This document shows, one piece after another, positions 18,542-27,448 of a stretch of DNA of 64,000 nt; the stretch's first letter is position 1, and each line of letters starts with the position of its first letter. The notes under the pieces were generated by a model. The model saw only the letters and a list, made by a program, of their open reading frames with translations. It was not told the DNA's origin and ran no database searches. Origin of the DNA: an uncultured Gemmatimonadota bacterium (GTDB lineage Bacteria; Gemmatimonadota; Gemmatimonadetes; Palauibacterales; Palauibacteraceae). Made by a program: the position numbers and the translations under genes. Location: positions 46,224 to 110,223 of the forward strand of contig CAJWLK010000005.1 in the NCBI GenBank assembly GCA_913043255.1, given 5' to 3'.

Positions 18542-19202
18542 CCAGACTAGGATAGTTGTCTTAGCATCTGGTGGTGGCAGCAACTTCCAGGCATTAATCG
18601 ACCACTTTCGTAGCGTGAGTGCAGCTGTCGACATCGTAGGACTGGTTGCAAGCAGGACAACTGCGGGGGTGATCGAGCGGGCAACTCGCGAAAATATTTC
18701 TTGTGCAGTGATGCCTGGGTTGACAACGAATTCAAATGATTCCGAGACTCGATTTTTGACGGAAACTTTTGATGAATGGACCCCTGATCTGATTGTGCTC
18801 GCTGGGTATATGCGTCTAATCCCACCTGGCATAGTAAAAGCCCAGTGGGGGAAAATTATTAATATCCATCCCGCTCTTCTGCCGTCATTTGGTGGCTCGG
18901 GCATGTATGGTGCGTATGTTCACGAGGCTGTGATTACGTCAGGAGCTAGAGTTTCCGGTGTAACTGTTCACTTCGTCGACGAAGTGTATGATCGTGGTCC
19001 GACGATCGCTCAGTGGCCCGTACCGGTGCAAGTTGATGACACGCCACAGTCTCTAGCAGCGCGGGTTCTTAAGGTTGAACACTTGCTTCTCCCGGCAGTC
19101 GTAGAAGCTTTTGCTGAAGGTCGAGTAACACTTGGGGAGGGTGGGCGAGTTGAATGGACGGACGAATGGTTCTCAAACGAACACTTTACAATGGAAGGAT
19201 GA
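18525..19202 (+). CDS. purN: phosphoribosylglycinamide formyltransferase
   Basis: RIVVLASGGGSNFQALID...LIVLAGYMRL...IINIHPALLPSFGG...GVTVHFVDEVYDRGPTIAQ is the PurN signature. Confidence 0.9.
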   Translation: MMTVSDQTRIVVLASGGGSNFQALIDHFRSVSAAVDIVGLVASRTTAGVIERATRENISCAVMPGLTTNSNDSETRFLTETFDEWTPDLIVLAGYMRLIPPGIVKAQWGKIINIHPALLPSFGGSGMYGAYVHEAVITSGARVSGVTVHFVDEVYDRGPTIAQWPVPVQVDDTPQSLAARVLKVEHLLLPAVVEAFAEGRVTLGEGGRVEWTDEWFSNEHFTMEG

Positions 19203-20804
19203 GTGGGAATGCCTGTCGCGCTTGTTAGCGTTTCCGATAAAACAGGGTTAGAGGAGTTTTGTGCTGGACTCGTGGAGCGAGGGTGGGAGATCGTGTCGAC
19301 GAGTGGAACTCGTAATGTCCTTTTAGAAGCCGGCTTTGAGGTTAAAGAGATAGGGGAACTCACAGGCCATCCGGAGATGTTGGCCGGGAGAGTTAAAACG
19401 TTGCACCCGATCGTGCATGCGGGGATTCTCGCGCGTCGGACTGTTCAGGATGACTTGGAAGAGTTGGCAAAGTATGAAATAAATCCGATTGACCTCGTGG
19501 CGGTTAATCTTTACCCATTCCAACGCACGGTTTCTCGTGAATCCATCACGCTCGCAGATGCACTCGAACAGATCGATATAGGAGGCCCCACGCTCCTCCG
19601 GGCGGCGGCTAAAAACCATCCATTTGTTTGGTCACTTTGTGATCCGGGGGATTACGGTCGAGTTTTAACTGCCCTTGACGTGGACTCCAGTGAGGAGAGG
19701 TCCCAGGAGTTTCGTCGAGAATTGGCGGCCAAAGTATTCCGGCACACGGCAAGCTACGATGCTGCCATTGGAGGCTACCTAGATTTTGCAGAGCCGATCG
19801 AGCTTTCGGAGGGTAAAACGACTGACGATACGATGACGTCCCTTACTCGAGTGCAGACCCTCAGGTATGGGGAAAATCCGGACCAGGCGGCTGCTTTTTT
19901 CCGAGATGGAGCCTCGCCACCATGGGGTATCCCATCACTGAAACAGCTGCACGGTAAAGAACTCTCCTTTACGAACATTCTGGATGTCGATGGAGCATTG
20001 CTTACGATTGCTCCTTTTACTGAGGCTGATACGTCGGCATGTGCTATCATAAAACACACCACCCCATGCGGAGTTGCAGTTGGAAGAACACCGCTTACGG
20101 CCTATGAAAAAGCCTTGGCTTGTGATCCAGTTTCTGCCTTTGGTTCAGTAGTGGCCTTCACGGAACCGGTTACTGAGGCGGTGGCTGATGCTCTCGCACA
20201 AAATTTTGTGGAGTGTGTGGTTGCACCAGGTTATGCAGACACAGCTATGGAAATACTTCGGAGGAAGAAAAACTTACGTATCTTAAAACCAATTAGCTCC
20301 GAGGTAGATGAGAATTCTGGTGGACACTTGTGGCCTGGAGTCGAAGTCCGTGGTGTGAGGGGAGGCTTGCTTTTTCAAACAAACGCCGATCCGGTGGCTC
20401 CCTTGGATCAAACTGTCAACGCAGTTACAGCTCGGATTCCTACTGAGACTGAGTGGGAAGACCTGTCGTTTGCGTGGGCTGCTATCCAGAGTGTTAAGTC
20501 GAACGCAATCTTACTGGCCCGCAATCGAGGGTCAATTGGAATAGGGGCGGGTCAGATGAGTCGTGTTGATTCTGTGAAACTCGCCATTCGTAAAGCAGCG
20601 GATCAAGGGTTGGATGTGGGTGGGGCGGTTTTGGCTTCGGATGCGTTTTTCCCATTTCGCGATGGCATTGATGCAGCCGCTTCCGTCGGTATTACAGCGA
20701 TAGTTCAGCCTGGTGGTTCAGTCCGGGATGAAGAAGTGATTGCGGCAGCTGATGAACACGATATCACCATGGTTTTTACCGAGCGTCGATTGTTTCGACA
20801 CTGA
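19203..20804 (+). CDS. purH: bifunctional AICAR transformylase / IMP cyclohydrolase
   Basis: ALVSVSDKTGL...GTRNVL...GRVKTLHP, IDIGGPTLLRAAAKNH, LRYGENPDQ and a C-terminal ...FTERRLFRH. Size is 533 aa. Confidence 0.95.
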   Translation: MGMPVALVSVSDKTGLEEFCAGLVERGWEIVSTSGTRNVLLEAGFEVKEIGELTGHPEMLAGRVKTLHPIVHAGILARRTVQDDLEELAKYEINPIDLVAVNLYPFQRTVSRESITLADALEQIDIGGPTLLRAAAKNHPFVWSLCDPGDYGRVLTALDVDSSEERSQEFRRELAAKVFRHTASYDAAIGGYLDFAEPIELSEGKTTDDTMTSLTRVQTLRYGENPDQAAAFFRDGASPPWGIPSLKQLHGKELSFTNILDVDGALLTIAPFTEADTSACAIIKHTTPCGVAVGRTPLTAYEKALACDPVSAFGSVVAFTEPVTEAVADALAQNFVECVVAPGYADTAMEILRRKKNLRILKPISSEVDENSGGHLWPGVEVRGVRGGLLFQTNADPVAPLDQTVNAVTARIPTETEWEDLSFAWAAIQSVKSNAILLARNRGSIGIGAGQMSRVDSVKLAIRKAADQGLDVGGAVLASDAFFPFRDGIDAAASVGITAIVQPGGSVRDEEVIAAADEHDITMVFTERRLFRH

Positions 20805-20871
20805 TTAACTATGAAGTGGCCACGGCCCTCCAGAGAGGGGCTAGATTTCACGAGACAAGACTGAGGATCAA

Positions 20872-21903
20872 ATGGCGAACGTCCACATTCATTCGAGCTG
20901 GCGACTAAAGGATAGTGAGGTTACGCCGGAGTCAGTTTACGTCAACAGGCGGGAGTTTGTTAAACGGGTTGGTGGTGGCGCTATTCTTACAGCAGCCTCG
21001 TCAGCTTGTGGAATTGATGGGCAAGCGGAGGCTCAGCAGCAAGGTCCCCTCGACAACATCCCTGACACGCCTACAGCGAATCTGTATCCAGAAGCCGTCA
21101 GAGATCCACGATTCACAGTAGGGGATCGACATCCGGGCATTTCGACAGAGGAAGTCGTAGCTACGTATAACAACTTTTATGAATTTGGTACGGATAAGGG
21201 AGGTGTGTGGCGTAATGTTGCTCCCTTCGAGGCTCGCCCATGGGAAATTGAAGTTGGAGGGTTAGTCGAGAACCCGGGCCGATACGACCTCGTTGAACTG
21301 GAGAGGGCGTTTCAGCTAGAAGAGCGAATTTACAGACATCGGTGTGTCGAACGATGGTCGGTTGTCGTGCCTTGGATTGGGTTCCCGCTTGCGCACCTGC
21401 TGAATAAGGTGGAACCAAAACACGATGCGGGGTTTGTGAACTTCATTACCTTTAATCGACCTGATCAGGCTTTTGGCCAGAAGACCCAAACGTGGTACCG
21501 CTGGCCTTATTATGAAAGCATCCGGATCGATGAGGCGATGAACGAGTTAGCGTTTGTGGTCACTGGGATGTATGGGCACCCACTCCAAAAACAAAATGGT
21601 GCCCCCGTGCGGATACACCTTCCTTGGAAGTATGGATATAAGAGTCCGAAGTCGATTGTTAAGATTGAGTTCACAGCGACTGCCGGCCCTACGTTTTGGC
21701 ATGATCTTCAGCCTGCCGAGTACGGGTACTATTCGAACGTGGATCCGGACGTCCCCCACCCGCGCTGGTCCCAAGCTCAAGAGGAGATTGTGGGGACGGG
21801 TGACCGAATCCCGACACTACCCTTCAACGGTTATGGGGAATGGGTGGGTGAGCTTTATGGAGGTGTAGTTACCCCTCCTGGGGATGTTCCGCATGCACCG
21901 TGA
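20872..21903 (+). CDS. msrP: protein-methionine-sulfoxide reductase catalytic subunit (YedY/MsrP-type molybdopterin oxidoreductase)
   Basis: Tat-like signal (NRREFVKRVGGGAILTAASSA), plus YNNFYEFGTDK, HRCVERWSVVVPWIGFPL and GAPVRIHLPWKYGYKSPKSIVKIEF. Confidence 0.85.
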   Translation: MANVHIHSSWRLKDSEVTPESVYVNRREFVKRVGGGAILTAASSACGIDGQAEAQQQGPLDNIPDTPTANLYPEAVRDPRFTVGDRHPGISTEEVVATYNNFYEFGTDKGGVWRNVAPFEARPWEIEVGGLVENPGRYDLVELERAFQLEERIYRHRCVERWSVVVPWIGFPLAHLLNKVEPKHDAGFVNFITFNRPDQAFGQKTQTWYRWPYYESIRIDEAMNELAFVVTGMYGHPLQKQNGAPVRIHLPWKYGYKSPKSIVKIEFTATAGPTFWHDLQPAEYGYYSNVDPDVPHPRWSQAQEEIVGTGDRIPTLPFNGYGEWVGELYGGVVTPPGDVPHAP

Positions 21904-21918
21904 TTAGACGGTGCATGC
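21891..21918. terminator. perfect 10-bp palindromic hairpin between convergent genes
   Basis: GCATGCACCG-tgattaga-CGGTGCATGC. The loop contains the msrP stop codon. It lies between the convergent msrP and 21928..22710 genes. No clear U tract, so function as a terminator is tentative. Confidence 0.35.
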
Positions 21919-21927
21919 CTGTGCATT

Positions 21928-22710
21928 CTAGGGTGTGGTTATCGACGATAGTGCGTAAAGAAAAAGGTTGACCCCCATTTGGGTCGCTTTTTCTCGGATC
22001 TGTTCCGCATCCTCGTGTACCCCGGCATCCTCCCATCCGTCACCAAGATCAGATTCGTAGCTGTAGAATACGGCGAGCCTACCGTTGATAAAAATACCGA
22101 AGGCTTGAGCCGGTTTCCCATCGTGTTCGTGGATCTTTGGAAGCCCATCAGGAAACTTGTAGAAGATTTGGTAGACGGGGTGTTCTAGGGGCACTTCTGA
22201 AAGTGGTATAGTAGGGAACAGGCGTGCGATCTCGCGTCGAAAAGATTCGTCCAGTCCGTAATTGTCATCGACATGAAGGAAGCCTCCTCGGTAGAGGTAT
22301 TCGCGGAGTTTGTCCAGCTCCAAATTGGAAAAAGCCATGTTCCCGTGACCGGTTGCGTAGAGGTAGGGGTGGTCTGAGAGATCTGGGTCTGAGGCTCCGA
22401 CATTGGTTGAGCGATTTGATACGGCGATACCGGTGCGGTCGTAGATGGCTGCCAAAAGGTTCTCTAGACTAGATGGATTGGCATACCAGTCTCCTCCGCC
22501 ATCGTAACGCAACCGCGCGATGGTGGGTAAGGACTGTTCTTGAGCGGTCAACGGATAAGATGGCGCGAAAGATCCAACTAGAATCATGCCCGAGATAATC
22601 GTTGCTGCACCGAAAAGTCTTTTGGGGTCCAGATGTTTTTTGTGCTGTTGAGTTCTATTAGTTGGGTGATGACTTTTATGTTTCAAGATTCGTAGCCATA
22701 TGTCGTGCAA
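21928..22710 (-). CDS. secreted protein, DUF4159-like (from memory)
   Basis: 260 aa. An N-terminal hydrophobic segment is followed by ARLRYDGGGDWYANPSSLENLLAAI... and YATGHGNMAFS...GGFLHVDDNYG, which I recall as the DUF4159 pattern. Needs HMM confirmation. Confidence 0.65.
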   Translation of the reverse strand: MHDIWLRILKHKSHHPTNRTQQHKKHLDPKRLFGAATIISGMILVGSFAPSYPLTAQEQSLPTIARLRYDGGGDWYANPSSLENLLAAIYDRTGIAVSNRSTNVGASDPDLSDHPYLYATGHGNMAFSNLELDKLREYLYRGGFLHVDDNYGLDESFRREIARLFPTIPLSEVPLEHPVYQIFYKFPDGLPKIHEHDGKPAQAFGIFINGRLAVFYSYESDLGDGWEDAGVHEDAEQIREKATQMGVNLFLYALSSITTP

Positions 22711-22840
22711 CGTTTCATGTGCCCTCCGATTGACTCGGTATCCTACTTGGTCGCGCCTACCCTAGGGAAGCTTTAGGATAGCATGCCCAGGCTGGTGATG
22801 GTGGGCTATAACTGGTAGAACTGCAGGAGAGTGCTTCTAG

Positions 22841-23989
22841 ATGCGTCGATATGCGGCATATGATCCTCCGGAATATGTTTCGTGGAGCCCTGATGCGGGG
22901 TTGATTCAGGAGTTTGCGGAGCAGGTGAGCGCCTGTCCTGAGAGGGCGCGGGAGATCCGAACACTTTCTTCCGCTGGACACCTTGATTTGTATCGAGGGC
23001 TCCTTCGGTCCCGATTAGTCGACATCGTTCTTGCTCGTTGGGTTAAGCAAGGCGTAATTGCGAAGGCTTGGTTGGGGACAGGAGAGGAGGCTGTAACGAT
23101 CGGAGCTGTTCACGCACTTGATCGGCGGGCGGCTGATGGGGACTTCGTAGGCCCGATGATTCGAAATAGTAATGGTGCGAATCACGAGATGGGAGTTCCT
23201 ATCGTAGGTCTTTTGCGTTCTTATTTGGCCACGGAAGACTCGCCACTTGGAGGCCGGGATGTGCACGTTGGTGATCTTCGTTGTGGGGTATGTCCGCCGA
23301 TCAGCATGGTCGCCGCGCTCGGAACGGTTATGAACGGTTTTGCGCTTGCGTTTCGCGTTCGAAAAGAACCTAGAGTAGCCCTTACGTGGGTGGGTGATGG
23401 TGCCACTAAAAATGGTGAAGCCCATGAAGCGTTTTCTTTCGCTGCAGCACTCTCACTGCCGATAATCTTCATCATTCAAAACAATCAAGTAGCGCTTGGA
23501 ACCAGGTCGAACCAACATCATGTGCCACCTGATTTTCAAGACTGGGGTCGTGCGTATGGGATTCCACTTCAATCGGCAGATGGTAACCATGTGTTAGACA
23601 TGTATGCGGCAACTCGCCTTGCAGCTGAGTATTGTCGAGCAGGGAACGGGCCGGCCATGATTGAGGCGAAGACTTTTCGTATGGGTGGGCATGCAACCCA
23701 CGATGTTAAAGAGGCTCGAGCTACGTTCTCACCGGACTTGTTCCAAGAGTGGGGGCGGCGCGACCCGATTGGGCTGTATGAGGAATTTCTTGCCGGTAGC
23801 GAGATCGATCTAACGGGGGGCGTGGAAGGTGATATGGAACTGCATAATCGAGCGACCATGGCTAAGGTGGAATCCGAAGTGGAGGCTGAAGTTGAAAGTG
23901 CTGCAGAAAAGGCGCTTGTCAGCCGAGAGATGAATATGCCTGATTCGGACACAATAGCATTAAATGTATATGCGATGGAGGCGAAGTGA
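22841..23989 (+). CDS. thiamine-diphosphate-dependent 2-oxoacid dehydrogenase E1 alpha-type subunit
   Basis: TPP-binding motif region WVGDGATKNGEAHEAFSFAAALSLPIIFIIQNNQVALGT, with RMGGHATHD downstream. Size is 382 aa. There is no adjacent beta subunit. Confidence 0.8.
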   Translation: MRRYAAYDPPEYVSWSPDAGLIQEFAEQVSACPERAREIRTLSSAGHLDLYRGLLRSRLVDIVLARWVKQGVIAKAWLGTGEEAVTIGAVHALDRRAADGDFVGPMIRNSNGANHEMGVPIVGLLRSYLATEDSPLGGRDVHVGDLRCGVCPPISMVAALGTVMNGFALAFRVRKEPRVALTWVGDGATKNGEAHEAFSFAAALSLPIIFIIQNNQVALGTRSNQHHVPPDFQDWGRAYGIPLQSADGNHVLDMYAATRLAAEYCRAGNGPAMIEAKTFRMGGHATHDVKEARATFSPDLFQEWGRRDPIGLYEEFLAGSEIDLTGGVEGDMELHNRATMAKVESEVEAEVESAAEKALVSREMNMPDSDTIALNVYAMEAK

Positions 23990-24432
23990 CGGATAAAAAC
24001 TCGTCTGTGCATCCCCGAACGGACCTGGACTGCGAGGGGGTAGGTTGGTGTGTCTACGAAGGGTGGAGGACAGACTCGGGCTTGGGTCTGGCGTACTTCA
24101 TCCGTTCAGATCACGCCCCCGGAGATCGACGTGCTCTTCTTACTTTGGGGCAATCAATCGAATCTCTCAAAGCCTCTGAGCTCGAGGTGCTATGGTCGGA
24201 GGCGACTGAACTGACAGGGACGGAACGTCGAGTGGTCGATGAGCAGGGAGATGTCTGGTTGGCACAGGACATCGGCCCGGTGTGGTCGGAAGGAAGCAGA
24301 GCGACCGATGGAGTCGGAATCCATTTGCGCTGTATGTCTAAGACCCTACCTCCGGTGTTGCTGAGGGGGCAGGTTTCCACATCGCTTTCTGATGGCGATC
24401 TTATCCAGGCTCTTGAGGGTGAACGTGTCTAG
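23986..24432 (+). CDS. hypothetical protein
   Basis: 148-aa ORF. Its GTG start overlaps the E1-alpha stop (GTGA). No recognisable motif. Confidence 0.45.
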   Translation: MTDKNSSVHPRTDLDCEGVGWCVYEGWRTDSGLGLAYFIRSDHAPGDRRALLTLGQSIESLKASELEVLWSEATELTGTERRVVDEQGDVWLAQDIGPVWSEGSRATDGVGIHLRCMSKTLPPVLLRGQVSTSLSDGDLIQALEGERV

Positions 24433-24489
24433 CCGACTAGCTTCACCACAAGCTCTTATGGTGTTCCTCGCTTCGGAAGGAGTTCCCCT

Positions 24490-25416
24490 ATCCTTCGTCT
24501 GACCTTCCTTGGGACCGCCTCGTCTCGCCCAACTGTATCCAGAAACGTCTCGTCACTTGCACTCCAACGCGAGGGTCGAATGTTCCTTTTTGATTGTGGT
24601 GAAGGGACACAACGCCAGATGATGAAGTACGGTGTTGGGTTTTCGATGCGGGATATCTTGATCTCACACATGCATTCGGACCACTATTTGGGGCTGACAG
24701 GACTCCTTCGAACTATGAGCCTCCAAGGGCGGACGGAACCGCTGCGAATCTGGGGGCCGAAGGGAGGTGTGCAGACATTACGTACACTGCGAGACTTGGG
24801 CGGAGACCGTCTCATGTATGAAGCCGCCATCCATTCGCTTGAGCCGGGCGAGTGTGTTTCGGGCGTTGGCTATCGAATAGAAGCCTTTGAAACGGATCAT
24901 ACCTGTGAGTCCATCGGGTTTGCTCTTATCGAAGAAGCACGGCCAGGCAGGTTTGATGTTGGACAAGCTCGTACCCTAGGCATCCCAGAAGGTCCGCTCT
25001 TCGGAAAACTACATCAAGGGGAGTCTATAAGGTTAGATAATGGTCAAGTTGTGCGTCCGGAAGAATTGGTAGGCCCACCTCGGCCAGGGCGAACCATCGT
25101 TTATACGGGAGATACGAGGCCATCAGGAAAAACTGTCGACATGGTCACCGGAGGCGATCTGCTTGTACATGATGCCACTTTTGAGGCTTCGGAGAGTGAC
25201 CGAGCACGTGAGACTGGGCACTCGACCGCGGAAGAAGCAGCTCGTGTTGCAGCAGAGGCAAAAGTGAAACGATTAGTGCTCACTCACATTAGCGCGCGGT
25301 ATGCTGAACAGCCGGGTCGCCTGTTGGATGAGGCGCGGGCCGCGTTCCCCTCCACAGATATGGCAAAGGATGGTTGGTCAGTTGAAGTGCCTTATCAGGA
25401 TTTAGAGGATTCGTGA
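24490..25416 (+). CDS. rnz: ribonuclease Z (start codon unresolved)
   Basis: LFDCGEGTQRQM and the HxHxDH motif (ISHMHSDHYLGL). The conserved N-terminal strand RLTFLGTASSRPTVSRNVSS lies upstream of the first ATG (24580). That stretch has no ATG/GTG/TTG. AGGAG sits 7 nt before ATC 24490. Confidence 0.8.
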   Translation: MLRLTFLGTASSRPTVSRNVSSLALQREGRMFLFDCGEGTQRQMMKYGVGFSMRDILISHMHSDHYLGLTGLLRTMSLQGRTEPLRIWGPKGGVQTLRTLRDLGGDRLMYEAAIHSLEPGECVSGVGYRIEAFETDHTCESIGFALIEEARPGRFDVGQARTLGIPEGPLFGKLHQGESIRLDNGQVVRPEELVGPPRPGRTIVYTGDTRPSGKTVDMVTGGDLLVHDATFEASESDRARETGHSTAEEAARVAAEAKVKRLVLTHISARYAEQPGRLLDEARAAFPSTDMAKDGWSVEVPYQDLEDS

Positions 25417-26717
25417 TTACAGTCCGCGTGCCGGGTGACAAGTCGATTTCGCACCGGGCCGCCCTCCTTGCGCCACTGGCTGTTTCCGAATCCGTCATCC
25501 GAGGACTGTCAAATGGGGACGATGTGCAAACAAGTCTTTCTGTGATGAATTCTCTCGGGGCAAATATCGTCTCTGAAAATGAAGCTGACGGAGGAATAAC
25601 GATTCGTGTTGATGGAGGTCTGAATCTTCAGAGCCCGGACTCAGACCTCGTCTTAGACTGCGGAAACAGTGGAACTACAGCTCGTCTCTTAGCGGGTCTC
25701 CTTGTTGGACTAGGAGTTGGAGGAGTGCTTGACGGAGATGACTCTCTGCGAGGTCGACCAATGCGGCGTATTACTTATCCGTTGCAGGCTATGGGGGGGC
25801 GACTTGATTGTCTCATTGAGCCCGAACGACTTCCGTTTCGGGTCAGTCCTCGTGCTTCGGGCATGCTGCGTACACTTCGTTATCGAGTGCGAACCGCGAG
25901 CGCTCAAGTAAAGTCAGCAGTATTGCTAGCCGGGGTTGCAGGAAGAGTCGGAGTTAGCCTGTCCGAACCAGCGCGGTCTCGCGACCATACGGAGAGGATG
26001 CTCGCTGCCATGGGTGTGCCTGTTGACTTCGATCCCATGCGGACAGGTGCCGGAGAAGTGCGATTCGACCCGGGGGCTTGGGATGGGCGCTTAGAGGGGC
26101 TTGAATTTACAGTTCCGGGAGATGCTTCCTCTGCAGCGTTCTTGCTGGGGGCTGCTTTAATCTGTCGCCGGTGTCTTCGAGTGGAAAACGTTGGGGCTAA
26201 CCCCGGGCGAACTGCTTTTCTGGAAGTGTTAGAAGAGATGGGGGCGACGATTGCCCGAGAAGCCCACCCCGCTGGCGGTGGCGAACCTGTTGAAACTTGG
26301 GTGTTGACCCCGCCGGATCAGCTCGAACCTTTTGAGATTGGGGGGGATCGAATCCCATCCCTCATTGATGAAATACCACTCCTCGCCGTCCTCGCTTCTC
26401 GTACGAGTGGCCGCTCTGACATTCGGGATGCGGCTGAACTCCGCGTGAAAGAGACAGACCGGATTCAAGCGTTGGCGACTAATTTGTCTGCTCTAGGGGT
26501 CGTTGTTTCAGAACGGGAGGATGGGTTGTCGATAGAAGGATCTTCCAAACCGTTGGCGGGTCGTGTTTTGAGTCATAGCGATCATCGTATTGCTATGGCG
26601 TTTGGTGTTCTTAGCCTCGATAAAGAGGTAAAAATAGCAGTTGATGACCCAGATTGTTGTTCTGTGTCGTTTCCAGGATTTTTAGATGCCATCGAAGTGT
26701 TCGGGGAGGATTTGTGA
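25413..26717 (+). CDS. aroA: 3-phosphoshikimate 1-carboxyvinyltransferase (EPSP synthase)
   Basis: VRVPGDKSISHRAALLA, LDCGNSGTTARLLAG, LRVKETDRI and HSDHRIAMAF. Confidence 0.95.
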   Translation: MITVRVPGDKSISHRAALLAPLAVSESVIRGLSNGDDVQTSLSVMNSLGANIVSENEADGGITIRVDGGLNLQSPDSDLVLDCGNSGTTARLLAGLLVGLGVGGVLDGDDSLRGRPMRRITYPLQAMGGRLDCLIEPERLPFRVSPRASGMLRTLRYRVRTASAQVKSAVLLAGVAGRVGVSLSEPARSRDHTERMLAAMGVPVDFDPMRTGAGEVRFDPGAWDGRLEGLEFTVPGDASSAAFLLGAALICRRCLRVENVGANPGRTAFLEVLEEMGATIAREAHPAGGGEPVETWVLTPPDQLEPFEIGGDRIPSLIDEIPLLAVLASRTSGRSDIRDAAELRVKETDRIQALATNLSALGVVVSEREDGLSIEGSSKPLAGRVLSHSDHRIAMAFGVLSLDKEVKIAVDDPDCCSVSFPGFLDAIEVFGEDL

Positions 26718-27448
26718 CGGACTCGAAGGCATTTTCATTGGGATCGAATGTGAGTGGACTCGGCCAAAAAGGGTTAGATCATAATCAAGTGATCGCCATT
26801 GATGGACCCGCGGCATCGGGGAAGAGTACGGCTGCACAACGTGTTGCAGTAAGCTTGAATTTTGTGCACGTAAATTCTGGACTGTTCTTCCGGACCATAA
26901 CCTGGTGGGCATTGAAAAACGGCTTGAGTGAAGCCACCGATGCGTTTTTGGAAGCACTGGGGGACCTTGATATCAATTTGGAGCGGTTTCAGAGTGACTT
27001 GAACGTTGTTGTTGACAATGTTGCCCCTGGTGAGGCTCTTCATGGCCCCACTGTTACTGAACAAGTTTCGGCGATTGCCCAATTGCCCGCGGTACGCTCC
27101 ATGGTTTTGGAACGCTTACACTATGCGTCGTCCCAGTTCGACATTGTATGTGATGGGCGGGATATCGGCACTACAGTGTTTCGACAAGCCAACCTGAAGG
27201 TCTACCTCATCGCCGACGTTTTAGAGCGAGCGCGACGTCGGCTCGCGGAGGGGAAACACGATATGAGCGAAGAGAGCCTAAAGAGGGAGCAAGCCCGGCT
27301 CAATGCACGTGATCGGGCAGATACCTCTCGGGTCCATTCTCCTCTACGTAAAGCAAAAGACGCGATCGAAATCGACACAACGAGAATGAACCTTGATGAA
27401 GTGGTTGAGGTGATCCTGTCTCTCGCTCGAGAACGGAAGCTCGGATAG
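26714..27448 (+). CDS. cmk: cytidylate kinase
   Basis: IAIDGPAASGKSTAAQRVA...VNSGLFFR and DGRDIGTTVF. GTG 26714 overlaps the aroA stop (GTGA). The track's earlier start lies inside aroA. Confidence 0.9.
   Translation: MTDSKAFSLGSNVSGLGQKGLDHNQVIAIDGPAASGKSTAAQRVAVSLNFVHVNSGLFFRTITWWALKNGLSEATDAFLEALGDLDINLERFQSDLNVVVDNVAPGEALHGPTVTEQVSAIAQLPAVRSMVLERLHYASSQFDIVCDGRDIGTTVFRQANLKVYLIADVLERARRRLAEGKHDMSEESLKREQARLNARDRADTSRVHSPLRKAKDAIEIDTTRMNLDEVVEVILSLARERKLG

Noticed and set aside
19200-19205. purN and purH are in the same reading frame, separated only by TGA. This could be read as a Sec or read-through site, given selA/selB/selC in the window.
   Set aside because: Both proteins are complete at their normal family boundaries. 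purH has its own GTG/ATG start, and no SECIS-like hairpin follows the TGA.
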